DNA of 64,000 bases, taken from Asterias rubens (lineage: Eukaryota). The stretch spans positions 124,001 to 188,000 of the forward strand of contig NC_047073.1 of assembly GCF_902459465.1 (NCBI RefSeq), read 5' to 3'. The translations under genes were made by a program, and so were the position numbers. The notes under the pieces were generated by a model that saw nothing but the letters and a program-made list of their open reading frames with translations, searched no databases and was not told where the DNA came from. Shown in pieces: positions 37,492 through 50,469 of this stretch (positions are counted from its first letter, which is position 1; each line of letters starts with the position of its first letter).

Positions 37492-39949
37492 TTAAAATTC
37501 CTGCTATTGTTTTCTGTTGAGTAAGTCAGAGACATGTATGGGTCCCTGGGTATAAAATGTGGCTGATTTTTTTCACAAGAATTCAGATTTATCAACTGTT
37601 ATAGATAGGGATTCACTGCAGGTTTTATTTATCTGGATTTTTTTCGCAAAACAATCGAGGTGCAATATTTGAAAATAAGTTTATTGTTCTGTAAAATTAT
37701 ATGTTGGTTATTCTTGTGCTTTTTGGTGAGACCTTTGTTTCTCTTAGTTCTATTATCTTGAAACTGATTTGTATTAATGGCTGAAGGTTTTGAATCTTTG
37801 ACTTTCCTAAGTGATGGAATATTTGCTAGGATCAGTGACCACTGCAAATTGGTAACTCGGCGCAAACTTGCTTTGAATTTGGACAAACAATGGTCAAAAA
37901 ATGTATGCATCCCAGATTCTCATTTGAGAATTATTTGATGTTTCATCTTGCTATGCAAATGAGTACACTCTTTGAGACAACATGCATTACCTTTTCGTGA
38001 ATGATGTTTAATTTTTATTTCAAATCAAGAGCAGATGTCCATTTCTAACAATTTTGCAACACATTGTCAATGATAATACAATCTTGTCTTGTATTTCTTT
38101 TTTCAAAAGTAGATTGAGACAAGTCAAATTGTATCAGTTGAGATGTAATTTAAGAATCAATTCATCGTTTCTGACCTGCAGAGAAGTTGTTTTTGTAGTC
38201 CAATATCTTGTGATATGTTTTGCTTGAGGGTGCTAAGTTTTTGTTACAAGGGTGAGTGTAAATAATTATGAGAGACAAAAGGCACACACTTTAATGGTTT
38301 TAGTACATTTGAATTCCTTAAACATATAATACATACAGTATGTATTAATATCTAATTCATTGAATAGCTAGAATGATGCAAAACTGACAAAGAATCCCAA
38401 CTTGAAGTTGATATGTGCTTTGGATACTTTGTTGAAGATAGTTAGCTTTACACATTGTAGGGGTTTGAGCAGAATAGTTAAAGGTTGACAGCTGGTCTTT
38501 ATACATTGTAACAAAATTAAAGCCCAGTTCATACTTCCTACGAAGGTGGATGCTATACAAATTTTGACGTCACATCTGACGCCAGAAATTCGCAACTTCT
38601 GTTAAACACAGGGAACATCAATATATCCCAGGGGCTATAACAAAGAGAAGGCTACAGTTAGGAAACTGTCAACTGCTAGAGAGAGGACATGAATACTTAA
38701 AGAAGCAAATGAAGCAACTTTCTACTGTACTATGATTGGTGAATCAATGGCAACAAGGTTGTAATAATAACCTATGGTCCCCTACCAGACCCTGTGTAAT
38801 GCACTGTTCTAACTTGGTTTATAGCAGTACCTTCAGCTGTATGTAAATTTTGCCGGGGAAAAATAAATTATCACGCGTTTGTGGATTACTTAAAAACTGT
38901 GTTTCATATTAAAACTGTCCTTGAGAATCATTTGATTGTGTGCATAGAAGTGCTACATTTATCCACTGTTGATTATTGTCTCTGTTGCATTATCTGAATC
39001 AGATCTTTGGTATCGTGTATAATCATGTAACAGGCAGATCAAAGAATGCAATTATCAATTCATTGTATCGATTTCAACACTTAAATTGATCATCTAAAAC
39101 TATAACTCTTAAGTTGTAACAAATACAATAACCATTACAGTTTAAACAAAAATAATCTCATCCCGCAGTTAAAGAAAAAGAAAATACATCACGATAGGAC
39201 AAGAAGGGAGCACAAGAAGTATCAAGACCTTATTAGAAAGTACACACTGAGAAGTCAGGTTTTAATAAGTCTAACGATGCAGCTGTTAATTAATAGAAAA
39301 CATGTTGATATTTTGTGAATGCTCTAGAAAATTGCAAGCATTTAGGTTTTGTTTTCAATTTTTACTTATTATGTTTTGATTTTGTTGTTGTGTTTTGTCT
39401 TGCATCGTAAAAAGAAAAGATAAAAACTAGAGAATTTATTATACCTCATTGGATGACCAATCCATGTATACTTGCTGTAAGATAGTTTTATAATTATACA
39501 AAGTTTATTTGTGAATATACAAATATGCCTTGTAAGAATGCTTGCCCACTGTTAACCCTGATGCTACTAGTGTCATTGTAAATATATACAAACATTGCTA
39601 AAGAATGGTTTTGATATGTTCTTGCTATTTAACTGTAAAGCTTATTAGTGTGTGAGGGAGGGAGGGTAAATTGATGTTTTGTTTTTTACTCAAGTGAATA
39701 GATTGGCATTTTCTTGAGTAATTTTATTTTGATTGAGATCTATAGGTGTTGGGATCAAAGGAAAGGTACACTAAAATAATCTAAGGGATATTTATTCTTC
39801 AGATTTCAAATACTTGAATTAACTTACAAGCTGTATTGTTGGAATCAATGACAACATGTTAAATTGTATATTAGTTGTATATTTTTGTGTGAAAACAAGC
39901 CCATAGGACTAGGTTTTTTACATTGGATATGGGTTGTCAACTTAATTAA

Positions 39950-42900
39950 AACCAAGTGTTATTTTGGTCTAATAAATCAGTATTTTATGGAAACTGCTTG
40001 TATTGGCAAGTATCCTTTGCCTTGAGTAGACTTTGGAATCGGTGTAAATAGTGTCAATAGTAATATGTGTATATTGATGAAATGTTTAGTAAGAGACCAG
40101 CCGCTGTCTACGTTTATATCTACATATATACTGTCATCCCGCCTGTTCAAATTCACAGTGAAGAGCAAATAACCTAATCAATTCTTATCTAAATTCTGAC
40201 TAACGTGGGATTAACATCATATGAAATCCCTTCTGCAAATGAATATACAGACAAAGGCTCAATCAGTGAAGTCATGTGACCTAAAGACATGTGATCTGAA
40301 TCACTAAATCATGCATAAATTTTCAAACTCAACATTAAAATAAGTTTGAGTGGCTAATGAACTACTCTGTAATGGGAACCACCATGCGCTCATAGTAGCA
40401 TTGCGGTGGACTCTTTCAAATAATACTTGAAGAAAAATACCATCATATATAACATTTAGCATTAATAATATTTTACCTTCGTCATCCTAACACCATTCAA
40501 GTCTTGTTCCCTTTTCGAAACAGTGATATTGAATGGTGATTCTAATATTATTTAACGGGACCAGAATATTTTTTCTCCAAGTCTGTTTTGGTTCACAAGC
40601 CATGTCTGAATTGACAGTTTCGGCAGTGGTCTAAAATGTACACACAGTGAGTGACTCCAAAAATGTGGAAATTGTAGACATTTTGCTGATGTGCATTCTG
40701 TGGCTACAATGAGTCAACTGGCATTATCAACTGACATAGTTAAACTATGGGTAATAATCTTAGATAGATTTCGCATAAGGTGTTTATTTTGTTAACTTTT
40801 GTGAAAAGTAATCTATCCGTAACATGGTTTTGTGAACAATTTCATGGGGGGGGGGGGGGGGTAGGCAAGCAGGTGTTTATTGTTTTGCACATTTTTTTTT
40901 TGGGAGGGGGTGAGGGTTGTGCCACTGTTGGTCAATTATGTTACATCAGCTTATAGAGGCTAGACTTGTTAAAGTCTGTCTGTAATTAATTATTGCCAAT
41001 GATTATGTTGGTTGTGTGGTGCTTTTAATTAGCCACCACGTATCATAATAATAAACAAAAACCCAGAATTTATGATTTTTTGTTTAGATTTGTGTTTGTT
41101 TGTTTCAGAAAGTTCCAAGTAGGGCAGTCAATCCAGCCATAGTTGACAACTTCCCATTAGTTTTCTCTGTAGGGACATTTGTGTGATATGCTTTCTTAAT
41201 TAATTAGTCCATTTTTTTTTAAGGAATTCATTTTTGTTTTAAAAAGTCATCTGTTTTGTGATTCTAAATCTAGGTTTTTGTGATAAAGTAACAAAAACCA
41301 ATAGTTTCAGGTTACACTTTTCTTGCCAAAGATCTATGTCAAGTCAATCTATCAATTGCAACTTCATAAGGATAGGGCCCAATTTCATGTAAAATGATTC
41401 AATACAAAAAAAACAAGAATCGCAGCTAAAAGCTAAATTACTCATGGTTTACAATAATTAACACAACAACTAAGAAGAAAAAGCAAATATTAACTAAAAA
41501 ACAAAGATTTACGAAGAGCATTTTTTTACGAGAGCTGCATTAGCAGAAAATATTGCTTAACAAATTTTTGCTAAGCAACTTAAAATAAGCAGGATACCCT
41601 GTAACCAGTCACTTGTTGTTTGAAATAAGTAATCTTGTTGGTAACCTCAACATGGTAAGCATAATTTGGTTGCGCTTAGCAGGTTTTTGTGACTAAGATG
41701 AGAGATTGTATTTATTTATTTTATTTTGATCCTTCAAGCAATTTTATACCAAGAAGAGGCCGTTCAGTTAAGGAGCAAAAAAATAATTATATTCAAAGCC
41801 AGAACCATATAATAACCGATAAGCATAAAATGTAGTCGAGAAGAAAACAAAAGTGGTAATTTACCTTCACTGCCAAGGACTCTTTAAATCACACTTCCAG
41901 CTCCATCTGCAAATAAATAATATTATATTTTTTATTAGTATTGATACGTTTTTTTAAAAGAAAATTAAAGCTTCACAGCCTAAAAAAAGGGTGAATTGAG
42001 TCTTACATTTACATCATTAAAAAAAGTAAAATTAAATTATATTGAATTAAATATAAAAGGTACAAAAATAAGAGAATTTAAAATTGTTTTGAAACCAAAA
42101 TACGTGGATATTAGTGTTATAACACAATGCCACAAAGGGTTGAAAGGTATAACAAAGATTATGTGACATATAAAATTAGTTGGTAAAAATAATGTGGACT
42201 TAAACATGTTGAAGAAGAGTTATTGAATGTTCAAGATTTTGAATAAAGTTTTAAGTTTACTGTCCATTGTTCAATATCTAAAAGTGAATTAATCTTTGAA
42301 GTTTAGTGTGACGTCCAAAACTATTCAATAAAGTTGAATAACTTTTGAAGTTTGGCAAAAAAGTATGTTTTAATAACCTGTAAACTAAAACATGCTTATA
42401 TTTGTTATCCCTTTACCCAAACCTATCGGGGCTCCAGTGACAATAACATAATCTCGGACAATTGCTATTATTATTATTTCATTTATGGACCACGTTTACT
42501 TTTATATAAATATTGACTAAGTTTCAGGTTCGATTTTATGCGGGGTGGGTGGGGGGGGGGCAAGGGGAAGGCAATGAAACAATATCGTTTCACTCTACCC
42601 TTGAAATTTTGTCAATAACAATTTTGGTGAAAAATTATATCGTTATTAAAAAACAATAAATGTCGGCGTCTAAAAAGTGAAATGTCTAGGTTCAGGTTAT
42701 AAGACAAATCCCCAGGACAGAAGAAGTTCCCCCGTCGACACATTGGATAAAATAACAAAAAAGAATGAATAATATATAAAATAAAGGCTTCAATGTTACA
42801 TTATTATTATCTAAATATTTATTAATCCTAATGAATCCAATAAGACCCGTAGGCCTACCCCCTATTAATATTTTTTGTTGCAAAAATGTTCGGCAAAATT

Positions 42901-42960
42901 TGTACAAAGTTTGACTTTTTCCTCTAAAACGGCGAAAGTCTTCTGCCATTGTTATAAGTT
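39950..42960 (-). ncRNA. Candidate spliced non-coding transcript (ends approximate)
   Basis: Splice-bounded segments 41865-41906 and 40477-40630, each stopped in all three frames; acceptor at 40233-34; possible first-exon donor at 42858. Confidence 0.3.
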
Positions 42961-43449
42961 TTGAAATATAATAACTTTACGCCATAATTTAGTAATAAAG
43001 AAATTTCTTGTAACTCGAGAAACGTAGTATAGTTTGGAAAATTTAGTGTTTTTAAACAAATAAATTTATGATAGGCCTACAGTAGGCCTACTCCGATATT
43101 GAATAGTATCAGCAATGCATCCTTTGTCCTTGGGAGAGTATGATGAAATGCTGCCCGTAAAGGTCCACGTGATTAGTCAAATTCAGGCTTGATTTTAGAC
43201 TCATTGGTTTTGCCCTAAAGGACAAATCTTAATCTGAATTAGATAAGAATGATCTTTAAATAATAGTAAATTTGCGGGTACAACAATTCTCGGTCCAATT
43301 CTCATTTAAGGGATTCACTCTGAAAAGAGCCGATTTTGTCTAATTGACGTTTGGAACAGTTTACTAGTCTTCAGAAATACAGTCGGCAAAAAATCCTTTT
43401 GGGAACATCACTAACTTAAAAAGATTAAGAAGATAATGAAGAAATGCAA

Positions 43450-43608
43450 GATTTGTATATCCGAGGTAAAACCCCTATAGAGAAAACCCACGCAATCAGG
43501 TAGGGACTGAACAAACACAACCCACATGCAAGGCTCCGGTTCGCCGGGAATCGAACCGGGGCCCACCGCGTTGAAAGACGGGGCCAAAACCATGGAGCAA
43601 ACACGACT
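43450..43608 (-). mobile_element. tRNA-Glu-derived SINE fragment with V-domain-like body
   Basis: Minus strand ..gtcTTTCAAcgcgg..GGTTCGATTCCCGG followed by ttgcatgtgggttgtg..gcgtgggttttctc. Confidence 0.55.
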
Positions 43609-44395
43609 GAGATTAAGTAACATACAAAAAAATTCCCCGGGCAGTATTAAACAAAATTGTGTGTTCTTTATTGGTAAATATTTATTGTAAATAAAAAGAA
43701 AATTCATGTCACTTACCGAAGGTATAAGGACGTAGTGGAAACACGTTGTCCAGCCATGCGTTGTCCTGACATGGTCAGTCGGTACACCGTCAACAAGACC
43801 GCGCCCCATTTTAAAGTAGTTCAGGCGCCCTATTATTCGCAACATTCTTACGCCGCACAATACAAGTAGTTATAAGACTCTACAATGATGAAGCGGACCA
43901 AATAGTGTTGGATTTTTGTTGGTAAAAAACAAAAACAAAACTCCATTTATAAACTATAAAACGCCATTGTCTCAAAAGAGGTAGTACTTCTCTGGTCAGC
44001 CTAATTACAAACAAATCAAATCAAAAATTTGGGTCAAAAAAATCACTTATTTGGGATATAATAATTTTGGTTAATTGTTTTAATTTGTTGTAAGTCAATA
44101 TTTAGTTCTAAAACTCCATTGTCTTAAAAAAGGTAGTGCACCCCTCTTGTCATTTAAAAATATATAAAAATAAAAAATAATCAAATACAAAATGTTGATC
44201 AAATTGTCAAAAGGGCCTACAAATCACTTAGTTTGGTTGTTAGCAAAATGGCTTGTGCATTAAGGAATTTATATTGTTTTTTTTTTTTTTGTTTTTTTTT
44301 AACTTTAATTTGGTCCTAGAAGTCTTCAGGGCCTCCGATATTTTGGGACCAAGTTAATAGAGCTGCCTAGGAACACTACTGAGTACAAATACCTG

Positions 44396-44636
44396 GTGCC
44401 AGTTTCATGGAGCTGCATAAGCAAAACCTTTGCTTAAGCAAGAAAATAGCTTGCTTATTTTACACATGTTACTGGCGAAATGTCAATCCATATACATTGC
44501 TTTTGACTGGTATTTAGCTGTCGTTTACTTAGCATAACAAATGAGTGGAGTATTGGCTGGTAATCTGAATTTAGCTAAGCAATGTTTTATTTGCTTAAGC
44601 ACATTTTGTGCTTAAGCAGCTCCATGAAATTGTGAC
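44396..44636. mobile_element. Harbinger-like MITE, CTG TSD
   Basis: CTG|gtgccagtttcatggagctgc ... gcagctccatgaaattgtgac|CTG. Confidence 0.7.
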
Positions 44637-45275
44637 CTGGATACACCTAGATCAAACAATGACATACAATGGAAACCAATGTCTGTGTTACCTAGGTTAT
44701 AGTATTCTCAACATTAGCAATCAGTCAATCAATCAATCAACATTAATTTCCATACAAACATAATATACATAATAAAAACAATTTGATTTTACAAATCTGA
44801 AACTGTATCAATGGGTCCTGATGTACATTATGAAGCTACAGGTAAGCACTGGTTTCCAGCTATATATATTAATGGTTTCCAAGGGGGATCATTCCAACTG
44901 TTTCTTCAAGAAACATCCAACAATTGTGTTAAAATGGTTAAACCTTTCATCACAAACAGCTCACAAATGCCCAAATTACTTAGTTTGATGTATAATATGA
45001 ATGAATAATTTTGAAAGAAATTAAAGCATAAAAGTAATGCAAGACCTGTTTCAAGTAGTTTTTCTCAATTGAAACACTCCTCGCCATTTGACCAACACAG
45101 TGGTATGATATCACTAGACAGTTTGTATATTTGAATAAAGGTGCATATCTAAACATTGCATTAAACTCTGTTCAAAGGTCACCCTTAAACAAATCTTAAC
45201 CAATCTTGGCTCGTCTCATCAAATCTGCTAAACAAAAAAGTAGGGCCTAATTATTTTCTTCATATTTTTTTTCAG

Positions 45276-45466
45276 GGCCCAATTTCATAAAGCCTGTAAG
45301 CACAGAAACTTACTAAGCACAAAAAAGTACTGCTAAGCAGAAACAGGTTAACAGCCAAAATTACGTTAAGTTTGCATTGATGAGGCTGGTGCCCTACTCA
45401 AATTTTTCTTAGCAAAAACATTTGTCCATCAGTATTTTCTGCTTGACAGCTTTGTGAAATTGGGCC
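45276..45466. mobile_element. Harbinger-like MITE, CAG TSD
   Basis: CAG|ggcccaatttcataaagc ... gctttgtgaaattgggcc|CAG. Confidence 0.75.
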
Positions 45467-46442
45467 CAGACAACTTCTGACATCAAGTGGGCCTCTTCCC
45501 AACAAAGTGTTTTACAACTCTAGTAAAATCATGAATAAAAAAGTATTAAAAAAAACATACTTCAGAAGCATTTAGATACTTTATTGGTAAGGAACATCGG
45601 TAACATTTTAAGCTAAGTTTCAACCCAAAGGAGCAATGGTTCATAGAGCCAATTAAATCAACACTGATGTTTGTTTCTTTGCCCTTTTTGTATAGACAGA
45701 AATAGCAGTGGTTCACAATTGTAGACTCTCCAGATTTGTTTTGGTGAAGCTATTGTAGTGTGGCATCACAGTTTCCCCAACGCTATGTACACACAAGGTG
45801 ACTAGGCAGAAAGTTGGTTTTTATTGAGGTGTTTCAGATAATAGCCCCCGGGTATCAGGGATTCAGTCGAGTGTTAGTATTTAACAATGCTGAATCACTC
45901 TGCTTGGCATATTGACCCTATTATTACAACCCTAGTATCAAAACTTGAGGTAATTTGGCTGTCTTTATATAAATGACCATAGTGTGTGTGCTTAATGGCA
46001 AATGATTCTGACATATTAATTCCAATTTCATCCAGCGAGTCTGAAATCAGTACTAGGGTCAGACTTGAAGGTTACGACATCCCTCTATAAAAAATGGACT
46101 TGTCACTTGAGCCCGGCCATCAAGATCAAAGGGAAATCCATGGGTGTGGTCTGAGTCTACCCTGAGCCCTTTTTTCTATTGTCTAATAATTGATGACAAT
46201 GCAAGACTTCAGGTGAATGCCTTCTTGCTCAAGTGGAAATATGGAGCACAATGCTGTGTTGTTACCAAAATAACTCAGTGGGAAAATATGCTTACTCATC
46301 TGACAAGACTGATCAATAAACAATATACGTTTATAATAGAAATATCATGCTATACTAAATATCAAATACTGGGCTATCAAAGTCTGATGAACTCAATTTG
46401 CAGAGTCAAGCCTTTTTGGAATGAGTAAAAGGTCTGCATTAA

Positions 46443-46811
46443 AGGCAATGGACCAGGAACTTTGATAATTACATAAAATAGATAATAGCATGAAAGCTTA
46501 CTCAGTAATGAGCAATGTAGAGCTGCTGATAGTATAAAACACTGTGAGAAACAGGTCCCTCTAAAATAACGCTGTTCTTGATAAAGAGGTTATTTCTCAC
46601 TAAAATATATTAATCTGAGAAAGACTTCAGGCTTGAATCCTTCCTCAGATATCTCAAGCACACAAATTTGTGCAACTAAATGTTTTTTTCTTAAACCACA
46701 ATGACCAATTGAGCCCACGGTTTCACAGACTGTTTATGTTATGAATATGTTGGGAAACACTTGGGGGGGGGGGGATACTGGTCTTTGACAATACAATCAT
46801 GTCAAATGCCT
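46443..46811 (-). mobile_element. Diverged Kolobok/T2-like MITE
   Basis: TTAA|aggcaatggac ... aaatgcct with a body alignable to 14726-15104. Confidence 0.65.
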
Positions 46812-47448
46812 TTATATGACAGTTATTAACATAGATGAAAACACATCTCACATTTGTTTCTGTGAAAACTATTCATAACATACAATTTAAATAAATATAT
46901 AAAAACCTCATGCACCAACATTATACATGACTACTGTCTGCCACACTCACAAATTATGACAAGTGTGTCAACACCTTGTCACCTAAAATTTGCAACGGAC
47001 ATTGACTATCAAAACGGTGCAACCAAGATTACTGTGATGCCGACGACGTCAGATGAATTAGGTCAATACATATCCCATGTAATTATATCTTGAAAGCTTA
47101 TTATGATTAAGCTTGTCAAGTTATAGTCAGTTTTGATCCTCCTCCATCCTGGCTCCAAGATGTTTTTTTTGTCATAGCTCCATTGCCTCCATAAAATGGT
47201 AGTCAACAAATAAAAGTAGCCAGATTCCCTTTTGAGACATAAGGATTACGGAGACTTAGACGGAGGAAAGTTTAGGGAAAACAGCTGACAATGACCCACT
47301 CTCAAAACATTCATCATTTTTGGTAACAAATTGTATGAAACTGGTCATATCACATGGTGACTGTAGTACATGGCAAACCTCTAGCAAATACTAGGTCAGT
47401 AGAATGTGCTCAAGTTCCTTCTAACCATTAAATCAACATAGGAGCCAG

Positions 47449-47706
47449 GGGTCGATTTCACAAACAACTTAGGATTAGTCCTAACTAAGGACCAGTCCTA
47501 ACTTAGTACTAGTCCTAACTAAGGACTAGTCCTAACTTAGTACTAGTCCTAACTAAGGACTAGTCCTAACTTAGTACTAGTCCTAACTAAGGACTAGTCC
47601 AACGAGACATTACAAACTTCAGGCTAGTCCTAAGTAAGAAGAACGAGTGACTTGTCCTAACTCAAGATAAGATAAGATTAGACCTAACTCTTTGTGAAAT
47701 CCACCC
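47449..47706. mobile_element. MITE with internal palindromic 17/34-bp array; relatives at about 56578-56730 and 58560-58725
   Basis: gggtcgatttcacaaa ... tttgtgaaatccaccc enclosing repeated ctaactaaggactagtcctaacttagtactagtc. Confidence 0.7.
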
Positions 47707-48931
47707 AAGGAAGCACATAGGATCTTTGATAATCTTTGATTACTTTTTCCCTCCAAGACAAACCCTTACAGACCTAGGCAGTTTGGGCTCAATCCTTCCA
47801 TATACTCTTCTCCTACTCTTCTCCTTTGTCACTCCACACCAAATTGTTTGGTCTTGAATGAGGTTAAGAAGCAAGAACCAGCCCATACTGAAGACATACA
47901 TAAGAGTAATTGCTGCAAAAAGTTTGCATGAGAACAGATGATCAGTTGATCCTCTGACATTATTTCCCCACAAGCCACATCCCGACACTAATGAATTGTA
48001 ACAGGTTGATTTCTACAGGTACAATTTGGGTGGATGGGTAAATTGACCTGGTTAAACCTTTAACCAAGTGGCTGAGTGTATGTGGATTTATCAGATTAAA
48101 CCCCTGCTAATCTGTTGCGTATAGCTGTTCAATTATTGATTCTTTGTCAACAACCAACTCATCACAAGGGCTCTTATTCTTGCCATGTCATATTAAAGGC
48201 ACTGAACATTTTTGGTAATAAGCCGTTTGCGTGTTAGATTTTCATGTTGTTTGAAACAAAGACGTGCTTGATCACAAGTCAGCACTTAAATTTGAATTCC
48301 TACACGCATGCTCATACCCTAAAGAGACAGTTGCACAGTATTTTCACCAGTATCCCTGTTCTCATAAGTGTCTTTGTTTAGCTCAAGCAGCTCTATGAAA
48401 TTAGGCGTTGGGCCAATTATAATAGGTCTTTGTGTAATATAACACAATTTCTGAAATAAACTTCCGTCTTTAAATGTACAATGCTCTCAATGGTGACAAA
48501 AAAAGGGGTATTTAACATTGCGATTGACCCTATAACAATTCAGGTGAAAAACTCATTTGTTGGTATTTTTTGTGCTATCCTTCTGACCTACATATATCAC
48601 TACCTTTGTTTACTAAATGATATCAAAACAAATTTGATATCTTAAAAAAAACCAACAATCATAATTAAAAAACCTAAAACTGAAGGTATTAATAGAGTTA
48701 ATAGATGTAAACATGTAAATAGAGTTGTAGTGTAAAGCGTAAGGTTGTTGGAGGTACAATGTCAAACTAAGTTACAAGCCATGACATTCATAACATTAAA
48801 AATAATCCAGAATTCACGGATTTAGCTGCAAGTTACAGTTTGCATGGACGGATCCAGAGAGTTTGTTATCGAGGGAGTAAGAGCTGTTGGCATGGCAACC
48901 ATAGGGTTACTCCAATGTAATTTATATTTTT

Positions 48932-49083
48932 AAAGGGCAGGGGAGGGGCTAAAGGGCAGGGGAGGGGCTAAAGGGCAGGGGAGGGGCTAAAGGGCAGGGG
49001 AGGGGCTAAAGGGCAGGGGAGGGGCTAAAGGGCAGGGGAGGGGCTAAAGGGCAGGGGAGGGGCTAAAGGGCAGGGGAGGGGCT
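48932..49083 (+). repeat. 19-bp G-rich minisatellite x8
   Basis: Unit aaagggcaggggaggggct, perfect copies. Confidence 0.97.
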
Positions 49084-49914
49084 AACTCCCCTTTAACACC
49101 CCTGGATTTATTTTGTTTCTACAAGAAACAACCTAACAAATAATAGGTATTTGTGTGACTAATGCTCCACGCCACAGTTTGCTAGTATGTATAAAAACCC
49201 ACGATAAGTTTGCAAGATTTTTGCCCTCCACTCAGTCATGGCTAACAGGCCTTATGGAATAGTGGTCTGTGTGGATTTATACTGAACTACTGACTTAAGC
49301 CACTATCGACCAATCAGGAAAGAATATTTAAATCAGATTGGAAGTTATGGAATGTCATCACACAGAAAATGATTTCAATATAAAGATTATTTTGCATTTG
49401 TGCAATGGAAATATGTTTTCAATGAGTTGGAAGATGTGATGTTCAGCCAGGAGAAGCTGAGTAAATCTTTCCTGAGCAAATCTGAATGCTTAGATTTTCC
49501 CACAAAACTAATACTCTCTAATTTTTATTTGGTAAAAAATGCCTTTAAAATTAGGCAATAATTTCCTGTTATCATTGGCTGTCACTGCCTCAAACTAAGA
49601 AACAGTACAGAGAAATGAGATTGAATGGATGTCATCATTCTGAAAAATAGCTTGTCAGTCTAGGAGTTTTTTTGCTGAAATCAGAAACAATCCTGAGAGA
49701 TCACTCGCCTGCACTGGTAAAGCCATGCCCTAAGGTTATGGTAGATTATATCTACCGAACCATTGTTGAACAGACAGGGTTTGGGTGCACAAGTCCAACT
49801 CTAGATAACTAAAGGTTACAGATTGAACTTGATCAAGTAATGACAAGGCAGAATTGATGTAATACATCAGTTTGTTGTCTAAGCTTGTCTTCTAGTTTTT
49901 ATACCGAACTTTTT

Positions 49915-50215
49915 ACACCAGCAGGGCTTCTCAAAGCGCTTCCAACATCCATTACCCCTGGTCACTGGCCCCTTAAATTCATAACTTAAATCATCTCAGC
50001 TCCCAGCCTGCACAACCAATATGCGCTTCTAAGCTAAATCATTCACAAGAATCATCTCTGCCCTTAAAGGTTCCCATTTACCCCTGGGTGGAGAGAAGCA
50101 ATTATAGTCAAGTGTCTTGCTCAGGGACACATATCAAACCCATATTCTGCTACACAGAAACACCAGAGCTTGCGTTTGGTGCTCGCTCGCTCGCTCGGCC
50201 ACAACACCCCATGCG
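49915..50215 (-). mobile_element. tRNA-derived SINE with CORE-like central domain
   Basis: Minus strand gtgttgtggccgagc.. head, then gtgtccctgagcaagacacttgac..ccacccaggggtaaatggg. Confidence 0.55.
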
Positions 50216-50469
50216 TTCCCATTACAATTACAATTATTACACATCTGAATAATGCAGCACAAAAATGACCTGAGACTAGGTACCAAACATTACCAAAAAA
50301 AACACACTCACTGCATAACCTGACAAAAATCAAATGCTACATTTTTGCACATTTTGTTAAAATTTCATAAAACGTAGATATCAAAAGAAACATTTTGTTA
50401 AAGTCTTCATGATGACTAAGTATGAATGATTTCAAGATATTTCAGCACACATTTTATACAAGTAAATAT

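Noticed and set aside
40290-40420. H/ACA snoRNA candidate on the minus strand
   Set aside because: Two hairpins and an AGAGTA box exist, but pocket geometry and ACA spacing are non-canonical.
43135-43242. C/D box snoRNA candidate (ATGATGA 43140, CTGA 43234)
   Set aside because: No terminal stem and no guide complementarity to rRNA/snRNA that I could recognise; such boxes arise by chance. snoscan would settle it.
43530-43600. tRNA-Glu gene
   Set aside because: B box and TTC loop are present, but the D arm and acceptor stem are broken and it continues into SINE body sequence.
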